Assembly (NCBI GenBank): GCA_963811165.1
Contig: CAWEQH010000008.1
Coordinates: 256,001-320,000 of the forward strand
Reading direction: 5' to 3'
Origin: an uncultured Nitrospiraceae bacterium
GTDB taxonomy: Bacteria; Nitrospirota; Thermodesulfovibrionia; Thermodesulfovibrionales; UBA6898
Length of the DNA stretch: 64,000 nucleotides
Shown: in pieces, positions 10,220-20,591 of the stretch
Layout: each line of letters starts with the position of its first letter
Position numbering within the stretch: the first letter of the stretch is position 1
Notes under the pieces: model-generated
Database searches by the model: none
What the model was told of the DNA's origin: nothing
The model's input: only the letters and a program-made list of their open reading frames with translations
Position numbers and translations under genes: made by a program

Positions 10220-12055
10220 TTGAAGCGGTTATCCAATCTTTCCACCAGGGACTTGTTCCCTGGTGGGTTTTTTTATCTGGCGATACTCATCCTGTTTCTT
10301 TCATTCGGGTTCATACTCCTGTCACAGAGGGTATGGGACTATGACTTCTGGTGGCATATCGCCACCGGGAGATATATTGTCGATAATGGGCATCTTCCCA
10401 ACGCCGACCCCATTTCCTTCACATCTGTTCTCCCGGAAAACAGCAATCTCTATCCCGAAAGGGAAAAGTTTATTCTGACCCAATACTGGCTTGCTCAGAG
10501 CCTTATGTATGTTCTGTACCAGAAATTCGGTGCGACGGGTATCGGACTCCTGAGGACGATATTGCTCCTCGGTGCATTATATGCCGTTTACCGTGCCCTG
10601 AATAAACGCGGGGTCGCACCTTATATAACTTATCTCTCGCTTTTTCTCGCGGCAAGCAGCCTGAACAGGTTCTTCGGAGACCGGCCCGTGCTCTTTACTA
10701 TCTGCTTTAGCGTCGTATGTTTCGTTATGGTTGATGACTTTGTGCGCAAAAAAAGCAAGGCCTTTTATTTCCTCCCCATTCTGATGCTGGCGTGGGCAAA
10801 TCTCCACGGCGGTTTTATCCTCGGAATCGCAATTGTCCTAGTCTTTATGGCTATAGAGTGCGCAAAACTGATATTCGGCAGGAGCAGTTTTACGACAAAG
10901 GAAAAGATAATTTTCTTTTCGGTATTGCTTCTTGCGATAGGGGCCTCAGGGATAAACCCCAACGGCTTTTTCGCATTTCAGATCGCTTTTTCCAAAGAAT
11001 ATGCCCCTTTTTATCAGGGAATACAGGAGTACCAATCGCCTTTCTTTATTAGTAAGATGCAATTCGCCAGCCCCGACTATGCATATTTATCCGCACTATT
11101 TCTGTTCCCTGTTATCCTCATCCTGCGGAACAGGAAGTTCAACCCCGCGCATTTTATACTGCTCATCTTCCTGGCCGCAGAGAGCATATCGGCTGGCAGG
11201 TTTGCTGTTTACTATGGGCTCATTGCTTCCCTGGTCCTTGGAAATGAACTGGATCTCTGGCTAAAGGAACATCAGGACAAGTTCGTCATCAAACAGGCCC
11301 ATCTGAATATCGCTTTTTCCATAATCATGTTGGCGTCTTCTGTCCTCTACTTTGGCTCTTGGGCAAAACTCGATGCGTTCAAGATGAGAGAGTCCTCATG
11401 GATCGTCCCTAAAGCAGCGGCAGACTTTATCGGGAAGAACCATATAAGGGGCAATATGCTGAACGATATGGCGACAGGGGGATACCTTGCCTGGCGGCTC
11501 TATCCCGAAGTGAAGACCTTTATTGATACCAGAGCTTTGAACTATACTGTGATGAGGGAATATGCCTGGATGGCTAGGGCTACGGAATCAGCCTATGGCA
11601 GATCCGTGACTCCCGGCAAGACCCCATTATGGAAAAGGCTGATCGATCATTACAAGATAAACGTGATCGTATTCAGCCCGCTGGATGTATATGGTAATAT
11701 ATTGCCTCTCATCTTTAAACTCCTCGATGACGACAATTGGGTCCCGGTCTCTTCCCATGTGACGGCCATCGTTTTTGTGAAGAACGTACCCTGGAACAGG
11801 CCCATAATAGAAAAGTTCAGAATTCCAAAGGATGTTATTTATAACACCATCATCATGAAAGCATCTATAGCTGGGCAGCGTTACGAGAAAAATCCGTATT
11901 ATTTAGGAAGTCTTGGGGATGTGTTCCTAAAGATGGGAAGAAATGAAGATGCAATCAAGGCATTTGAAGATGCCCTAAAAAGGATGCCCGATAATCAGGA
12001 GATCAAGGATAAATTAGACAATCTGAGGAAAGAAAAAGCGGAGGTGAAGAAATGA
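10220..12055 (+). CDS. Polytopic membrane protein with C-terminal TPR; putative GT-C-fold glycosyltransferase (pilin-modifying candidate)
   Basis: Many TM segments, DYDFWWH in the first external loop, [29 protein letters not shown]-like tail ([22 protein letters not shown]). Confidence 0.65.
   Translation: MKRLSNLSTRDLFPGGFFYLAILILFLSFGFILLSQRVWDYDFWWHIATGRYIVDNGHLPNADPISFTSVLPENSNLYPEREKFILTQYWLAQSLMYVLYQKFGATGIGLLRTILLLGALYAVYRALNKRGVAPYITYLSLFLAASSLNRFFGDRPVLFTICFSVVCFVMVDDFVRKKSKAFYFLPILMLAWANLHGGFILGIAIVLVFMAIECAKLIFGRSSFTTKEKIIFFSVLLLAIGASGINPNGFFAFQIAFSKEYAPFYQGIQEYQSPFFISKMQFASPDYAYLSALFLFPVILILRNRKFNPAHFILLIFLAAESISAGRFAVYYGLIASLVLGNELDLWLKEHQDKFVIKQAHLNIAFSIIMLASSVLYFGSWAKLDAFKMRESSWIVPKAAADFIGKNHIRGNMLNDMATGGYLAWRLYPEVKTFIDTRALNYTVMREYAWMARATESAYGRSVTPGKTPLWKRLIDHYKINVIVFSPLDVYGNILPLIFKLLDDDNWVPVSSHVTAIVFVKNVPWNRPIIEKFRIPKDVIYNTIIMKASIAGQRYEKNPYYLGSLGDVFLKMGRNEDAIKAFEDALKRMPDNQEIKDKLDNLRKEKAEVKK
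10241..10274 (+). terminator. Intrinsic terminator after pilA, overlapping the next CDS
   Basis: CCACCAGGGA-cttgt-TCCCTGGTGG followed by G and a T7 tract. Confidence 0.75.
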
Positions 12056-12549
12056 ATAAAAAAGGTTTTACGCTTATCGAACTCCTGATAGTCATAGCGA
12101 TTATCGGTATCCTTGCAGCCATCGCCGTCCCTGGCTATATCGGCCAGCAAAAAAATGCTGCGAGGACAGAGGCATATACAAATTTACAAAATCTAAGTCT
12201 TCTTGAGGCGCAGTTTTTCGCGGATAATGGAAGATACACACTAATTATCGGCACTACAAATAGTAAAGATAATCTCGGAAATGTGCAAAAAATTCAGGCG
12301 GGTGGGAGCCCCGCAGATCCCACTAATGCCTTGCCAGGGTTCAGGCCCGGGGCCGGCCTAAACTTCAGCTACTGGATTGTAAACGGGCGACAGATAACAA
12401 ATGCCAATATCCTTGATGGAACTAATACCGGCACCGCGGCTGTCGCCGCCCCGGCACAGTGTTTTATTGCTTTTGCCCAAGGTAATACTGTTGGAAGGGT
12501 CCCGAATGAAACCTTTGCGATAGACTGCAATAACGTCAAAAACTTCTGA
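12052..12549 (+). CDS. Second type IV pilin (minor / PilE-like)
   Basis: [37 protein letters not shown]...[12 protein letters not shown]-terminal Cys pair. Confidence 0.9.
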   Translation: MNKKGFTLIELLIVIAIIGILAAIAVPGYIGQQKNAARTEAYTNLQNLSLLEAQFFADNGRYTLIIGTTNSKDNLGNVQKIQAGGSPADPTNALPGFRPGAGLNFSYWIVNGRQITNANILDGTNTGTAAVAAPAQCFIAFAQGNTVGRVPNETFAIDCNNVKNF

Positions 12550-13478
12550 TGTCTACGGCCCCAGAATTTTCTATCATAATACCTGTTTGTAATGAAGAGG
12601 ATAATCTCTCTGCCCTCTATGATAGGCTATCTTCTGTGCTGGGGAAACTCGGTACCTATGAAATCATCCTTGTCGACGACGGGAGCAAAGACAGAAGCTG
12701 GCAATTGATAAAAGAACTCCACGAAAAGGACGGACGCGTCAGAGGCGTCAGTTTTTCAAGGAATTTCGGCCACCATATCGCCATCACTGCAGGGCTTGAC
12801 TATGCAAAGGGCCGGACGATAATCCTTATGGACGGCGACCTTCAGGACCAGCCCGAGGAGATACCGAAACTATGGGGAAAGTTATGTGAAGGCTACGACC
12901 TTGTCTACGGCATCAGAAAGGTAAAAAAGGATTCCTTGATGAAACGCTTCAATTCCTTTTTATTCTGGTGGTTACTGAATAAACTATCGGGGATAGATAT
13001 CCCGCGGAACCAAACCCTCCTGAGGATTTTCGACAAGAAAATACTGGATGTCCTTAAGGATATGAGGGAGAGGGCAAGGTTTATCCACGGGATGATCGCA
13101 TGGACAGGGTTTCGGACCGCACTTTTTGAAGTCGAGCATGCACGGCGGGAGCGCGGTGTGAGCAAATATAACACGATAAAGCTCTTCAGGCTTGCGTTTA
13201 ACGCCGTCACTTCTTTTTCCACAGTCCCTCTAAGGCTCGCAACGTACCTCGGTCTTTTAAGTGCAGGGGTCGGGCTTTGTTATGGGTTTTATTTTTTATA
13301 CAAAAAGATATTCCTCGGAATCCCGGTCCTGGGATATGCCTCTATTATCGTTGCCGTTCTCTTTGTCGGGGGTGTCCAGCTTTTAATACTTGGAATCATC
13401 GGGGAATATCTGGGAAGGGTTTATCAGGAAGTGCAGGCAAGACCTATCTACATTTTGAGGGATACGGTGCTTGATTAA
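12549..13478 (+). CDS. GT2 polyprenol-phosphate glycosyltransferase (GtrB/ArnC-like)
   Basis: IIPVCNEE, VDDGSKD, SRNFGHH, MDGDLQDQPE, two C-terminal TM helices, GEYLGRVY. Confidence 0.9.
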   Translation: MSTAPEFSIIIPVCNEEDNLSALYDRLSSVLGKLGTYEIILVDDGSKDRSWQLIKELHEKDGRVRGVSFSRNFGHHIAITAGLDYAKGRTIILMDGDLQDQPEEIPKLWGKLCEGYDLVYGIRKVKKDSLMKRFNSFLFWWLLNKLSGIDIPRNQTLLRIFDKKILDVLKDMRERARFIHGMIAWTGFRTALFEVEHARRERGVSKYNTIKLFRLAFNAVTSFSTVPLRLATYLGLLSAGVGLCYGFYFLYKKIFLGIPVLGYASIIVAVLFVGGVQLLILGIIGEYLGRVYQEVQARPIYILRDTVLD

Positions 13479-14178
13479 GGAACTTGCATGGGACAGCGCA
13501 TTTTTTAAAAGGAAGATCGGCACATTAACCAAGGTACCGTCCGACGAGGTTTTGCGAAAACTTCTCCGCAGGGCGCAGAAAGACAACTATCTCTACCTCA
13601 CATCCAGGGTCAGCATAAGAAGCGTGTCGGAGATTCAGCTCCTTGAAAAAAACGGGTTTTATTTGACCGATGTAGGTGTAGTTTGGGAAAGACAAACCAA
13701 CGCGGATTTTAGTCCCTCAATTTCAGTTACAGAGGCAAGTAGTAGGGATGCAGCTATGCTGAAAAAGATCAGCGGGGGTCTTTTTAAAGACGGCCGTTTT
13801 TATAATGACCCTTTTTTTTCTTATGATGAAGCCGAAAAACTCTATCAGGCATGGATCGACAGCTCTTTCAAGGACAGAGAGATTACGATATTTCATGTTG
13901 CGAAAAAGGGGTTTATTACATGTAAGAAACTTTCCAGGGGCAGAGGAGGCATCCCTCTTATTGGTGTGATAGCTGGAGATCAGGGGAAGGGGATAGGAAG
14001 CAACTTGGTGTATAAGGCGCTCGAATGGTTTAGCATGGCCGGGATGAAGACTGTTACAGTCCGGACCCAGGCGAACAATATAAAAGCTATGAATTTTTAT
14101 AAAGGTATAGGATTTAGTGTAAAATATGTGGACGCGACGATGGGGTTAATCTTGAAGAAGGGAAGTACAGAGGAATAA
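13471..14178 (+). CDS. GNAT acetyltransferase, WecD-like (dTDP-4-amino-4,6-dideoxyhexose N-acetyltransferase)
   Basis: LAWDSAFF, RFYNDP..A..LY..W, QGKGIG, VRTQANNIKAMNFY..GF. Confidence 0.8.
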   Translation: MIKELAWDSAFFKRKIGTLTKVPSDEVLRKLLRRAQKDNYLYLTSRVSIRSVSEIQLLEKNGFYLTDVGVVWERQTNADFSPSISVTEASSRDAAMLKKISGGLFKDGRFYNDPFFSYDEAEKLYQAWIDSSFKDREITIFHVAKKGFITCKKLSRGRGGIPLIGVIAGDQGKGIGSNLVYKALEWFSMAGMKTVTVRTQANNIKAMNFYKGIGFSVKYVDATMGLILKKGSTEE

Positions 14179-14273
14179 GCAATGTTGTTTGGGTCTCCTA
14201 GAATCAATTGTAAAAATGTGATGTGCAGTAGCAAAAAAAACTGTCGCAAAGAAAACTCCACTATCCAAATATC

Positions 14274-15245
14274 ATGAAACCTCTATTGTCTATTATTATA
14301 CCCGTCTTGAATGAAGAAAAGGTTTTTCCGGAACTCCTGAACCGGATCGAGACATTATGTCTAAAAATGCAGGATTCGTATGATTATGAAGTATTGTTCA
14401 TAGACGACGGCAGTGTTGACGGGACCTGGGAAATGATAAAGGCAGCCGCGGGGAAGCGCGAATATATACGGGGTTTTTCCTTTGCCCGTAATTTTGGTCA
14501 TCAGATCGCGCTAACGTGCGGGCATGAGTATGCGAAGGGCGATGCTATCTTAACGATGGATGCAGATCTGCAAGATCCTCCCGAACTGGTCGAACAGATG
14601 CTGTGTGAATGGAGGAACGGAGCGGATATCGTATTAGCGAAGCGAACCGCCCGTCAAGGTGAAAGTTCATTTAAACTAATCACCGCGCATGCATTTTACC
14701 GGCTCTTGGGTTTCCTTTCCCCTGTAAAGCTGCCTATCGATGTAGGGGACTTTCGTCTCCTCAGCAGTCGCGCAAACAAGATTCTAAAAGACATGCCGGA
14801 ACGTTCTCGGTACCTTCGCGGCTTGGTGGGCTGGATTGGATTGCCGACAAAGGTTATTGAGTACGAACGTCAGCAGAGGATGGCTGGTGAAACGAAATTT
14901 TCCCTGTCAAAGATGATAAAGTTTTCTTTGGATGGAATCATATCCATGTCGAGCAGGCCCTTAAAGTTGGCTTATATGTTTGCCCTACTCGGAAGTTTCC
15001 CTTTTTTACTTTTCTTATTGGGGAGCTTTATCGCATGGAAATGGTACAACGTCAGAATGGTTCCAGGCTGGGCTTCACTATTGCTGGCTATTGTTATCTT
15101 TGGATCTTTGATCATGATCATGCTTGGAGTGATCGGGGAATACGTCGCCCGGATCTATGACGATACCAAACAGCGTCCCCATTTTGTCCTTCGCGAGACT
15201 ACTGAAGATGCCCCGTCTTTTTTGAGAAGCCATGAACCGAATTGA
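14274..15245 (+). CDS. Second GT2 polyprenol-phosphate glycosyltransferase (GtrB-like)
   Basis: IIPVLNEE, IDDGSVD, ARNFGHQ, MDADLQDPPE, GDFRL, RYLRGL, two TM helices, GEYVARIY. Confidence 0.9.
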   Translation: MKPLLSIIIPVLNEEKVFPELLNRIETLCLKMQDSYDYEVLFIDDGSVDGTWEMIKAAAGKREYIRGFSFARNFGHQIALTCGHEYAKGDAILTMDADLQDPPELVEQMLCEWRNGADIVLAKRTARQGESSFKLITAHAFYRLLGFLSPVKLPIDVGDFRLLSSRANKILKDMPERSRYLRGLVGWIGLPTKVIEYERQQRMAGETKFSLSKMIKFSLDGIISMSSRPLKLAYMFALLGSFPFLLFLLGSFIAWKWYNVRMVPGWASLLLAIVIFGSLIMIMLGVIGEYVARIYDDTKQRPHFVLRETTEDAPSFLRSHEPN

Positions 15246-16042
15246 ACGCGAGCGTGTGCACCACAACAGGTGGGCACAGGAGGAAATACCCGATGTGTCT
15301 GGTGACTTTGATCACTTTCTAGCCCTTGAAAACAGGTGGATCATTCAACATCTTCCGCCCCTTGCCGGACTCAAAATTCTGGATATCGGATGCGGGTTGG
15401 GAGAGGCAAGTCTTTTTTTTTGCCCGCAGGGGGGCGTGTGTAACTGCAGTCGATCTTTCGGTAGAAATGGTAAAACACTCTATAGCTGCGGCTCAACGTG
15501 AGGGCTTGGGTATTAAGGGAATAGTAACTTCAGCAGAAGAACTAGAGACTGGCAATGAAAAATATGACGTGGTTTATATAGCAAATGTACTTCATCACCT
15601 TGAACGCCCTCCAGATTTAATAAGGAAAGTCGCAAAGGTGCTGAAGCCCGATGGTATGGCCTTCTTTACAGAGCCCTTACGATATAATCCTGTGATTAAT
15701 ATATATCGGCGTATGGCCGATAACGTCCGCACAAAAGATGAGCGTCCAGTCGGATTTGATATTCTTAAACAAATGGAAAAATATTTCGCCGACATACAAT
15801 GCAGCACTATGTGGTTTTTGTCATTGGTCATTTTTTTGAAATATTTTTTTATCGATGGAATTCATCCCAATACTGATCGCTACTGGAAGAGAATTCTGAG
15901 GGAACCGGAGACCACCCGTCGTTGGATGGAACCCTTGATCAAAATGGACGATTTTCTATGCAGATACATACCTCTGGTCAGATATCTGTGCTGGAATATT
16001 GTTGTTGTCGCAAAATGCCCCATTACCGGTGAGATGGAATGA
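15232..16042 (+). CDS. Class I SAM-dependent methyltransferase, frameshifted in a T9 run at ~15413-15421
   Basis: ILDIGCGLGEASLFF (first ORF) continues as ARRGACVTAVDLS...VLHHL...LKPDG...EP (second ORF) if one T is removed. Confidence 0.8.
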
Positions 16043-16728
16043 CTGGTTCATGGTGGCCCTCAGTAAGCGATCCGCGTTATAGCCTGATTGCGAATGCATA
16101 CCGAAGCTTCGGACGGTGGAGCGGGGCCTACTCAAAAATCAGAATGGCACTTTGTCCCCTTCTTGATATCGAAAGGTCTTTGCCCGCAACAGGCAAGTTG
16201 ATAGATGTGGGGTGCGGCGCCGGCTTGCTTTTGCAATGGCTCGCTCTTGGCCAGAAAAATGACAAACGACAATTAATAGGTATGGAGATTGATTCCCGCC
16301 GCGTCGCGTTGGGAAAACAGGTGTGCGACAGGCTCGCAGTAAATGGTCGTATAGACCTTCGCCTTCAGCCTTTCGGAAAAGAGAATCGCGATAAAGATCT
16401 GACAGCTGTAGTTTTTGTCGACGTCCTTCATCATATGGAGTACGACTTGCAAATAAAGATGCTATCGCATGCTTTCGAGTTGCTCGATCATGACGGCATG
16501 GTGCTAATTAAAGAGGTCGGATCCACGCCGGTCATGAAATTCTGGTATTGTTATGTCTTCGATGCGATGACGCGAGCTACACACATCACTCAGGGTAAGG
16601 TCGGATATTATCGTTCCCAGTCCGGATGGGTGTCGCTTCTTTCGGAATGCGGCTTTCGGCCCTGCGTTACCCCGGTCAAGCACATCGATTTTGCGCCTCA
16701 TATACTGATAACCGGCAAGAAGCCGTAA
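16039..16728 (+). CDS. Class I SAM-dependent methyltransferase
   Basis: LIDVGCGAG, GMEID, FVDVLHH, VLIKE. Confidence 0.85.
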   Translation: MTGSWWPSVSDPRYSLIANAYRSFGRWSGAYSKIRMALCPLLDIERSLPATGKLIDVGCGAGLLLQWLALGQKNDKRQLIGMEIDSRRVALGKQVCDRLAVNGRIDLRLQPFGKENRDKDLTAVVFVDVLHHMEYDLQIKMLSHAFELLDHDGMVLIKEVGSTPVMKFWYCYVFDAMTRATHITQGKVGYYRSQSGWVSLLSECGFRPCVTPVKHIDFAPHILITGKKP

Positions 16729-16738
16729 GGGTTTTTGA

Positions 16739-18307
16739 ATGGAAAAGCAGATTAACCGACAGAAAGACATTTTGGAGACCGTCCCCCCCATTCTTCGCTG
16801 GAAAGGCCTGCCCTGGCTTGCTTCGATATCAATCGTTTCGCTGTACGGGTTATATTTTTTTGCTGCACATCATCAGTTGATTGTCAACGATTTTTTCGGC
16901 CATGTATGGATGGCGCTTGAAGAGCGGGAAAGGGGCCTGGGAAGCTCAACAAACAGTGTGATACCGGCAGGATATCCCATTCTCTTGAACCTTTTTCATT
17001 CATTCGGTCTTCAATATATGGATGCGGGTTGTTTATTGACACTAATAGCAGCCATACCTTTCCTTGTCTTTGTTTGGAAGGGGGCGTCTCGATGGGGAGA
17101 ATCGCCGTGGGCAGGTCCTGTTGCATGGCTTATGACAGCGACGTCTTATCATTTTTTGTTGACGGTAGCCACACCATTACCTGACATTATTGCTTTATCA
17201 ATGACCATGCCTTTGATGGTCCTGGTATTCAAGCCTGATCGCTCATCACGTATTTTAGTTCTTAGTGCTTTTTTTGCAGGACTTGCCTGCGGTATTCGTT
17301 ATACTTTTATCCAAAGTGTAGTCCCCCTGACGATATTATTGCTATTTTTTTCTCGTTCCGTACCCTGGGGCAAACGTATTCGCGAAGCATTGATCATCGT
17401 TGCAGGTTTGACAGTTGGTCTACTTCCTGAAATTATATTTGCATTGCGGGCCGGTCATATACCATTCCAGAATTCTTCAAAATATTATCTGAGGCTTATA
17501 GGTGGAGAAGCTGATTTTTTGATGTGCGGCACCCAACTCCGGAATATGCCGTCGACTATTGATTATATAATAAGGCATAGTGACAAGATATTACCTGCCT
17601 GGGGCTATGGATTTATTTATAATTTTGTGATTTTTGTCTTAGTTCCGGCAGCTATTTTGTGGCTGACTGAAGAATGTGGAGCGAAGATGAAGCAAGAGCG
17701 GATGAATGCCCAAATTCGTCGGGAACTTATTTCGCTTTTAATTTTTGAAACTATACTCCTCATTCCCATTTCATTGAGACAGCCGCTGCCTTATTATGTT
17801 ATGCCCTTGCTAATATGTATATCGTTTATGATCGCGGCAATTCCGATTGTCAAACTTGCTGGTATGAATAAACTGGCGCTCGGCTTCCTTATTATCTGCT
17901 TGTCCGCTGCTTCAATATTCCAAGTTCGTTCAGCCGCGCTAACCTTGGAAAACAATCGCCTTGTGGCATTTAATAGCGTCATTGCAGGTGACTTATATGG
18001 TTTGGGAATCCGTGATTCAGCCGAGGTGCTGAACCTCGTTGCACCGTTCGGATTGTACTGGCCTTACGGAGATAGATCACCACTATTATACTATACGGCT
18101 AAAGAACCGGGATGGTTATCGCTTACCAATACACTTGATCAAAAGAGGCCTTTTATTTATCAAATAACAAAAAACGTGGTAGCAAAGTTCCGAATCGTGT
18201 TGACGAGGCCGCTATCGCCAGGGGAAAAGAGGGAATTTTTGCCCGGGTTCGAATTCGTGAAACAAGTTGGAGGAGTGCAGATCTATAAGTCCGCTATATT
18301 GCAATAA
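16739..18307 (+). CDS. Polytopic membrane protein, putative GT-C (PMT/ArnT-like) glycosyltransferase
   Basis: ND in the first loop, PAGYPILL, LPD, AGLACGIRY, about 11-13 hydrophobic segments, soluble C-terminal tail. Confidence 0.55.
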   Translation: MEKQINRQKDILETVPPILRWKGLPWLASISIVSLYGLYFFAAHHQLIVNDFFGHVWMALEERERGLGSSTNSVIPAGYPILLNLFHSFGLQYMDAGCLLTLIAAIPFLVFVWKGASRWGESPWAGPVAWLMTATSYHFLLTVATPLPDIIALSMTMPLMVLVFKPDRSSRILVLSAFFAGLACGIRYTFIQSVVPLTILLLFFSRSVPWGKRIREALIIVAGLTVGLLPEIIFALRAGHIPFQNSSKYYLRLIGGEADFLMCGTQLRNMPSTIDYIIRHSDKILPAWGYGFIYNFVIFVLVPAAILWLTEECGAKMKQERMNAQIRRELISLLIFETILLIPISLRQPLPYYVMPLLICISFMIAAIPIVKLAGMNKLALGFLIICLSAASIFQVRSAALTLENNRLVAFNSVIAGDLYGLGIRDSAEVLNLVAPFGLYWPYGDRSPLLYYTAKEPGWLSLTNTLDQKRPFIYQITKNVVAKFRIVLTRPLSPGEKREFLPGFEFVKQVGGVQIYKSAILQ

Positions 18308-18349
18308 TATATTAATAGCATATGGCAATTTTGCAAAAAAATAATACTT

Positions 18350-19480
18350 ATGAAAAAGATAGAGTTTTTTGAACATTCTATTAACGATGAAGATATTGAA
18401 CGGGCGAGAGGCGTTCTTAAGTCGATATTTTTGACCACCGGGAAATTGGTTGAGGAGTTTGAGAAGTCCTTCGCGGCGTATCTTTTAGCTGATAATGCCA
18501 TAGGTCTGACCAGTTGTACCGCTGCCCTCCACCTGAGCCTTATTGCACTTGGTATCGGCCCGGGGGACGAAGTGATCACCACTCCGATGAGCTTTTGCGC
18601 CACATCAAATGCAATTATGCATGCGGGAGCCAGGCCTGTATTTGTGGATGTGGAAGAGGAGACGGGAAACCTAAATGCGGAGCTGATTGAGTCGGTCATT
18701 ACCGAAAAGACTCGGGCCGTCATCCCTGTGCATCTTTACGGCCAGATGTGCGATATGAAGAGGATCAGGGAGATTGCGGACAAGCACAAACTCAAAATCA
18801 TCGAAGACGCCGCACATGCCATCGAGGCCTCAAGGGATGGAATCAAGGTTGGGCAACTGTCGGACACGGCGTGTTTCAGTTTTTATGCCACAAAAAACAT
18901 AACATCCGGAGAAGGCGGCGCGCTGAGTACGAACAACCGGCAGCTCTCCGAGGATCTGCGGATGTTGAGGCTCCACGGGATAGACAAGGGGGCCGCCGAC
19001 AGATATACAAAGCGTTACGAGCATTGGGACATGCCGATGTTGGGGTGGAAATACAACATGGACAATATCCAGGCCGCCCTTCTCATCGGTCAGCTTAATA
19101 GGATCGAAGACCTTCTGGCCAAGAGAGATTCCCTCTGGAGTGAATATGAAGAAGCATTGCATGACATTAAGGGGATCGGACTCTTAGAAACCCTTCCGGG
19201 CGTCAGACATGCGCGGCACCTTTTCACGGTCCTTGTTGACCCAGTGCGAAGAGATGAAATTCTTTGGGGACTTCAGCGAAGGGATATCGGCGTTGCCGTA
19301 AACTACAGGCCGATTCATCTCCTTAAATACTATAGGGAGACATTTGGGTTTCGTGAAGGAAATTATCCGGTTGCCGAGGACATCGGCAAAAGAACGATAT
19401 CCTTACCTTTTCATACTTTCCTGGCAACCGACCAAATAAAATATATTGCGCAGTCCCTTAGGGACGAGCTTTCACATTAA
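18350..19480 (+). CDS. DegT/DnrJ/EryC1/StrS sugar aminotransferase (PLP)
   Basis: SCTAALHL, PVHLYGQ, EDAAHA, FSFYATKNITSGEGG. Confidence 0.95.
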   Translation: MKKIEFFEHSINDEDIERARGVLKSIFLTTGKLVEEFEKSFAAYLLADNAIGLTSCTAALHLSLIALGIGPGDEVITTPMSFCATSNAIMHAGARPVFVDVEEETGNLNAELIESVITEKTRAVIPVHLYGQMCDMKRIREIADKHKLKIIEDAAHAIEASRDGIKVGQLSDTACFSFYATKNITSGEGGALSTNNRQLSEDLRMLRLHGIDKGAADRYTKRYEHWDMPMLGWKYNMDNIQAALLIGQLNRIEDLLAKRDSLWSEYEEALHDIKGIGLLETLPGVRHARHLFTVLVDPVRRDEILWGLQRRDIGVAVNYRPIHLLKYYRETFGFREGNYPVAEDIGKRTISLPFHTFLATDQIKYIAQSLRDELSH

Positions 19481-19497
19481 ACGGCAAGGAGATATAC

Positions 19498-20526
19498 ATG
19501 AAATCAGTTCTCGTGACCGGCGGGGCCGGCTTTATCGGCAGCAATTTTATCAGGCACATTTTTTATAAGTATCCTGAGTATAAGATTGTTGTTCTTGATG
19601 CACTGACCTACGCCGGAAATATCGAGAATGTCCCTGCCGAGATCCGCGATTCGAACAGATTCGAATTCTGGTACGGTAATCTGAATAACCTTGATCTCGT
19701 CAATGACCTTGTGGAAAGGTCAGAGACCATCGTGCATTTTGCGGCCGAGACTCATGTAGCCCGCTCTCTTTATTTAAACAGAGTGTTTTTTATTACGGAT
19801 GTCCTGGGGACTCAGGCGATTGTGAATGCAATCTTGAGGCATTCAGATAAGGTCGAAAGGTTCGTCCACGTATCGACTTCCGAGGTGTACGGCACCGCAC
19901 TAAGAGAACCTATGGATGAGGACCATCCGATTAACCCTACAACGCCTTACGCAGCGGCGAAGGCGGGAGCGGACAGGCTGGTCTCCTCTTATGTGGAGTC
20001 TTATGACATTCCGGCAGTTATCGTGCGGCCGTTCAATAATTATGGTTCCCGCCAGCACTTGGAGAAGGTGATCCCGCGTTTCATCACAAGTGCGATTTTG
20101 GGAGAGCCGCTTACGATTCACGGCGATGGTTCGGCAGCGAGAGATTGGCTTTTTGTCGAAGACACTGCCGATGCCCTTGACAGAGTTATGCATGCGCCCC
20201 TTAGCGACGTTAAGGGCGAAGTGCTTAACCTCGGGACGGGAATCAGCATAAGTGTCCTGGATATTGCAAAAAAAATTATCGAGATATTCGGTCTTGATGA
20301 CGTCCATCTGACTTATATCGATGAGAGATTTGGCCAGGTCCAGAACCATATCTCCTCGACGGAAAAGGCCGAAAGGATAGTGGGGTTCAGGGCTCAGACC
20401 GCGTTTGACGAGGGTCTGCTGAGGACGGTCGAGTGGTATAAGAAGAATAAGGTATCATGGGAAAAACAGATGGCCATGAGAAAAGTGCCTGTGAAGAAAA
20501 AATCAGGAGAAATCGTCTGGTATTGA
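19498..20526 (+). CDS. rfbB: dTDP-glucose 4,6-dehydratase
   Basis: VTGGAGFIGSNF, DALTYAGN, HFAAETHV, STSEVYG, YAAAK, NNYG.RQH.EKVIP. Confidence 0.85.
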   Translation: MKSVLVTGGAGFIGSNFIRHIFYKYPEYKIVVLDALTYAGNIENVPAEIRDSNRFEFWYGNLNNLDLVNDLVERSETIVHFAAETHVARSLYLNRVFFITDVLGTQAIVNAILRHSDKVERFVHVSTSEVYGTALREPMDEDHPINPTTPYAAAKAGADRLVSSYVESYDIPAVIVRPFNNYGSRQHLEKVIPRFITSAILGEPLTIHGDGSAARDWLFVEDTADALDRVMHAPLSDVKGEVLNLGTGISISVLDIAKKIIEIFGLDDVHLTYIDERFGQVQNHISSTEKAERIVGFRAQTAFDEGLLRTVEWYKKNKVSWEKQMAMRKVPVKKKSGEIVWY

Positions 20527-20591
20527 ACATATCCTAACCTGATCTTGCCCATCCGTGCAGCCACTCTGTGCTGCTGTGTTAAAATATCCAG

